This document shows positions 61,455 through 64,000 of a stretch of 64,000 nt of DNA, piece after piece. Source of the stretch: an uncultured Gemmatimonadales bacterium (GTDB taxonomy: Bacteria; Gemmatimonadota; Gemmatimonadetes; Gemmatimonadales; GWC2-71-9); NCBI GenBank assembly GCA_963773095.1, contig CAVYZY010000002.1, forward strand, positions 267,649-331,648. Direction: 5' to 3'. Position 1 is the first letter of the stretch. Each line of letters opens with the position of its first letter. Made by a program: the position numbers and the translations under genes. The notes beneath the pieces are model-generated. The model made no database searches and was not told the DNA's origin. It was given only the letters and a program-made list of their open reading frames with translations.

Positions 61455-63110
61455 CTACTTGAGTCTCCATTCCGCGAGTTGCTTCGCCGCCGTGCCGAAC
61501 GGGCCCAGCTGGTAGACGGCTGCCCCAGCCGGCGAGAAGGTGAACGGCTGGAACGGTTCGCCAAGCATCTTGTCGAGGTATGCGCGGGGCGCCACGCCGG
61601 TCGTGACGTGCGGATTGAAGTGTCCGCCTGCCGACTTCTGCACAAAGGACGCCACATACTCGATCAACTGCGCATCGGTCGCGGGGTCATCGTGCCCGGC
61701 GGTGAAGGCGCCGATGGGGCCACTTGGCAGCATGAACGGACCTGCGGCGGCAATGATGTCCGCTTGCAGCTTGAGCAATTGAGTGGTCGGCTTGGCGACA
61801 ATACCCGCGACGCCAAGCTCGCCGGTCGGGATGTAGTAGTACTTGAATGCATCCAGTTTCAGCACGGGGACGCCGGCGAACACCTTGCCGAGCGCCGCGT
61901 ACAGCTGATCGAGATCGGCGGTGCGGACGAACAGTTGCAGTATCGTGATGTGCGGACGGTGCGTCGCATCCAGGGCGAATCCTTGCGGGTACGCCTTGAG
62001 CAGGCGGCCATTGCTGGCATTGGCACGGCCGAGCATCGTGACGTCGGGTTCCAGCAGGATATCGACCGCGGTGACCTCGGACTGCGCCGCCGGGAAGATG
62101 CTCTTCCAGTCGTTCTTCATGCTGACGACTGTCCATCCCTCGCGCCCCGCCTGGTCGTACAGGTCCTGCTTGAAGGCCCCGAGACTCACGTCGGGTAGCC
62201 CCTGGGCCGGCCCGTAGGCGAACTCGCGGGCGGCGTCGTCATGCAGGACCAGCAACTCGAACCGCGCGCCGGTACCGCCCTGCGTGTATTCCAGCATCTC
62301 CCTGTCACCATTGGAATTGCCGAACGCCATGAGGGGCCGGCGGCCGATGTGCTGGTTGATGCCGACGGGCTTGCCGCCCTTGTCGTCATTGAAGTTCAGT
62401 TCCGGTAGCCGCTGGAGCACGGGCTTGCCGTCGCGCATCGCAAAAGCCGTCTTGATGCTGCTGCCGACGACCTGCTCGGGTGGGATGCCGTACACCTGCT
62501 CAGTCCATGGCCGCATGAACTCGATGCCGCCGCCGGAGACGATGAAGTTCTTGAAGCCATTCGCCCGGAGGTAGGCAAGCAATTCCAGCATGGGCTGGTA
62601 GACCATGTCGGTGAAGCGCTTCCCGGACTTCGGGTTGGTGGCGGTTGGGATCCAGCCTTTGACGATGTCCTCGAACTCCGCCGCAGTCATGCCGGCGTGC
62701 GTGGCCATCATGAGCTCCAGCAGTGCCTTGTCGCCCCCCGAGAGCGCGGCATTCACGTCGCCCTTCAGGAGCGAGGCAAACGGCTCCGTGGTCTTCCATT
62801 CGGGATGCTGCGGTGCGAGCGCCTTCACGCGGTCGAGCGCGAAGTACAGCTGGACAGGGAGGGGCTGCTCGCTCCACAGCGTGCCGTCGTTGTCAAACGT
62901 GGCAATGCGCTGCGGCATCGGAACGAAGACCGGCGACCCGGGCGTCGTGACCTTCTCGACGAAGGCGACTATGGATTGCTTGGCGGCGCCGCTATTCCAT
63001 GAAGGAAGCGGGTCGTTCTGCGCGCACGCCCTGTCTCCAGGCAGCAGCAATACACACAGCGTCAAGGCAGCGAAACGGCCCATTCTGGAACAGGTGCTCG
63101 CTGATCTCAC
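61455..63110 (-). CDS. Secreted two-domain protein: HAD-superfamily hydrolase fused to a 2H (LigT-like) phosphoesterase domain
   Basis: GTG 63110 lies 6 nt after AAGGAG (63117-63122, minus strand). Signal peptide ...GRFAALTLCVLLLPGDRACAQ. HAD motifs ATFDNDGTLW, FIVSGGG, AFGNSNGD. Two H-x-T-x motifs (RPHITILQ and NPHVTTGV) in the C-terminal ~200 aa. Confidence 0.7.
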   Translation of the reverse strand: MRSASTCSRMGRFAALTLCVLLLPGDRACAQNDPLPSWNSGAAKQSIVAFVEKVTTPGSPVFVPMPQRIATFDNDGTLWSEQPLPVQLYFALDRVKALAPQHPEWKTTEPFASLLKGDVNAALSGGDKALLELMMATHAGMTAAEFEDIVKGWIPTATNPKSGKRFTDMVYQPMLELLAYLRANGFKNFIVSGGGIEFMRPWTEQVYGIPPEQVVGSSIKTAFAMRDGKPVLQRLPELNFNDDKGGKPVGINQHIGRRPLMAFGNSNGDREMLEYTQGGTGARFELLVLHDDAAREFAYGPAQGLPDVSLGAFKQDLYDQAGREGWTVVSMKNDWKSIFPAAQSEVTAVDILLEPDVTMLGRANASNGRLLKAYPQGFALDATHRPHITILQLFVRTADLDQLYAALGKVFAGVPVLKLDAFKYYYIPTGELGVAGIVAKPTTQLLKLQADIIAAAGPFMLPSGPIGAFTAGHDDPATDAQLIEYVASFVQKSAGGHFNPHVTTGVAPRAYLDKMLGEPFQPFTFSPAGAAVYQLGPFGTAAKQLAEWRLK

Positions 63111-63321
63111 CCGATACTCCTTTCCATCACGATGGTCGACGCATGAGGGCATCGACTGTACATGACGAAGGTGTTGTTCGTCTGAGGGGGAATCCTATAC
63201 CTGGGCGCCGGTCCCTCCTAACTCGCTTCCGAGTATGAACAATTTCCTGAATGTCGGGCCTGCTACTGCTGGCTGGTTCAAGGCATTGTGGCCGATTTCT
63301 CCCTGGAGCTCTTTCGGGCGC

Positions 63322-64000
63322 CTAGTCCAGCGCCGCGCTCGTTGCCGTATCGATCCTCTCGAATCGCACCCCCAGCCACCGCACCAGCCCCCAACACTCC
63401 GCCCCCAGTACCACGCCGATCACGACGGCGCACACCACCGGCACCCACGCCCCGCCTTCGCTGCCCCGCCACACCAGCCACGCCAACGCAACCGGCACCG
63501 CCGCGAGCAACCCCAGCATCAGGATCGTGAGCGCGCTGTTCGCAAGATTCGTCCCCAGCGCCGTCGCCGTCCCGCGACGCGCCGCCAGCCGCGACCACGT
63601 CGGCAAGAGGATCACCGCGGCGTTCTGGAGCAGGATCCCCGCGAGTGATACCGGCCCGATCACGAGCACCGCCGCCAGCAACCACACCCCGCGATGCTCC
63701 GCCGGCAGCGGCGGCTGGTTGCTTCCTGCCATCGCCACCGCGCCTGCAAGCAGCAGCGCGATCACGCCCGACGCCAGCGTCAGCGCCGCCGCACCACTCG
63801 ATCCCAGGATCACCTCATAGCCACGCACCGGCAGCGTCCGAAGCAGCGCCAGCATCCCTTGGTCCCGCCTCAAGTCGTTCCGCACGAACTGCGGCCCCAT
63901 CAGGAGCAGCAGCAGCGACCACATCAGCAGCATCCACCCCAGGAATTCACTCGCACCTACCCGTCCCGCCGACCTGAGCACCACCGGCAGCATCACCACC
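63322..64000 (-). CDS. Polytopic membrane protein, 3' part (putative ABC-exporter-family permease-like); continues beyond window end
   Basis: Frame is open to base 64000. Multiple hydrophobic helices. The pattern LRTLPVRGYEVILG resembles the 'putative ABC exporter' family, recalled from memory only. Confidence 0.45.
   Translation of the reverse strand, partial: VVMLPVVLRSAGRVGASEFLGWMLLMWSLLLLLMGPQFVRNDLRRDQGMLALLRTLPVRGYEVILGSSGAAALTLASGVIALLLAGAVAMAGSNQPPLPAEHRGVWLLAAVLVIGPVSLAGILLQNAAVILLPTWSRLAARRGTATALGTNLANSALTILMLGLLAAVPVALAWLVWRGSEGGAWVPVVCAVVIGVVLGAECWGLVRWLGVRFERIDTATSAALD

Noticed and set aside
63153-63321. Lower-GC 170-bp intergenic region screened for a tRNA or small RNA
   Set aside because: It has no cloverleaf-compatible arms and no T-loop GTTCGAATC-type motif. 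Only a weak 6-bp hairpin is present (GACGAA...TTCGTC, 63165-63183), with no U-tract. It most likely just holds the promoter region of the HAD-2H/cls operon.
63235-63648. 137-aa plus-strand ORF starting in the 63.1-63.3 kb intergenic region
   Set aside because: Most of it is antisense to the membrane-protein gene at 63322-64000. Its Pro/Arg/His-rich low-complexity translation and lack of an RBS indicate a shadow ORF.

Overview
GC-rich bacterial chromosomal segment. Third codon positions are almost all G/C, and nearly every real gene has a long antisense or out-of-frame shadow ORF.

Gene content is mostly core energy metabolism and lipid synthesis, packed tightly. More than 20 gene junctions are 4-nt ATGA/GTGA start/stop overlaps. 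Left to right:
- 3' end of carA
- IHF/HU-like gene
- moaD-moaE-moaA
- trmL
- complete nine-gene archaeal-type A/V-ATPase operon on the minus strand (G/H-I-K-E-C-F-A-B-D)
- mdh-sdhCAB, with a b558-type SdhC
- three-gene predicted surface cluster: a beta-barrel candidate plus two Ig-like lipoproteins, one with an LVIVD-type propeller
- dcd (minus strand)
- complete nuoA-N operon, with a phosphomannomutase/phosphoglucomutase and a UPF0182 membrane protein attached
- sucCD and ndk
- yceD-rpmF-plsX-fabH-fabD-fabG-acpP-fabF
- small secreted orphan protein
- futalosine-pathway genes (mqnE-like, mqnA, mqnC-like), then ispF
- DedA-TerB fusion
- xerD
- three-component RND efflux set plus an extra small beta-barrel
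- minus-strand operon: secreted HAD-2H fusion, cardiolipin synthase, VIT-like protein
- 3' part of a putative ABC-exporter membrane protein

I found no rRNA, tRNA, CRISPR array, transposase, integron or phage genes. I also found no clear-cut novel multi-gene system such as a defence island; this is largely an ordinary housekeeping region.

The items most worth a second look:
- the secreted HAD + 2H phosphoesterase fusion co-operonic with cls
- the surface lipoprotein/barrel cluster
- two back-to-back heptamer tandem arrays, with a G-quadruplex-type motif, in front of the mqnC-like gene
- a G10 homopolymer inside the UPF0182 gene
- a possible Na+ signature in the ATPase proteolipid
- a CX5CX2C cysteine spacing in the mqnE-like radical SAM enzyme
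- the DedA-TerB fusion, which may start at a non-canonical codon

All functional calls rest on motif recognition by eye. No database search was run.
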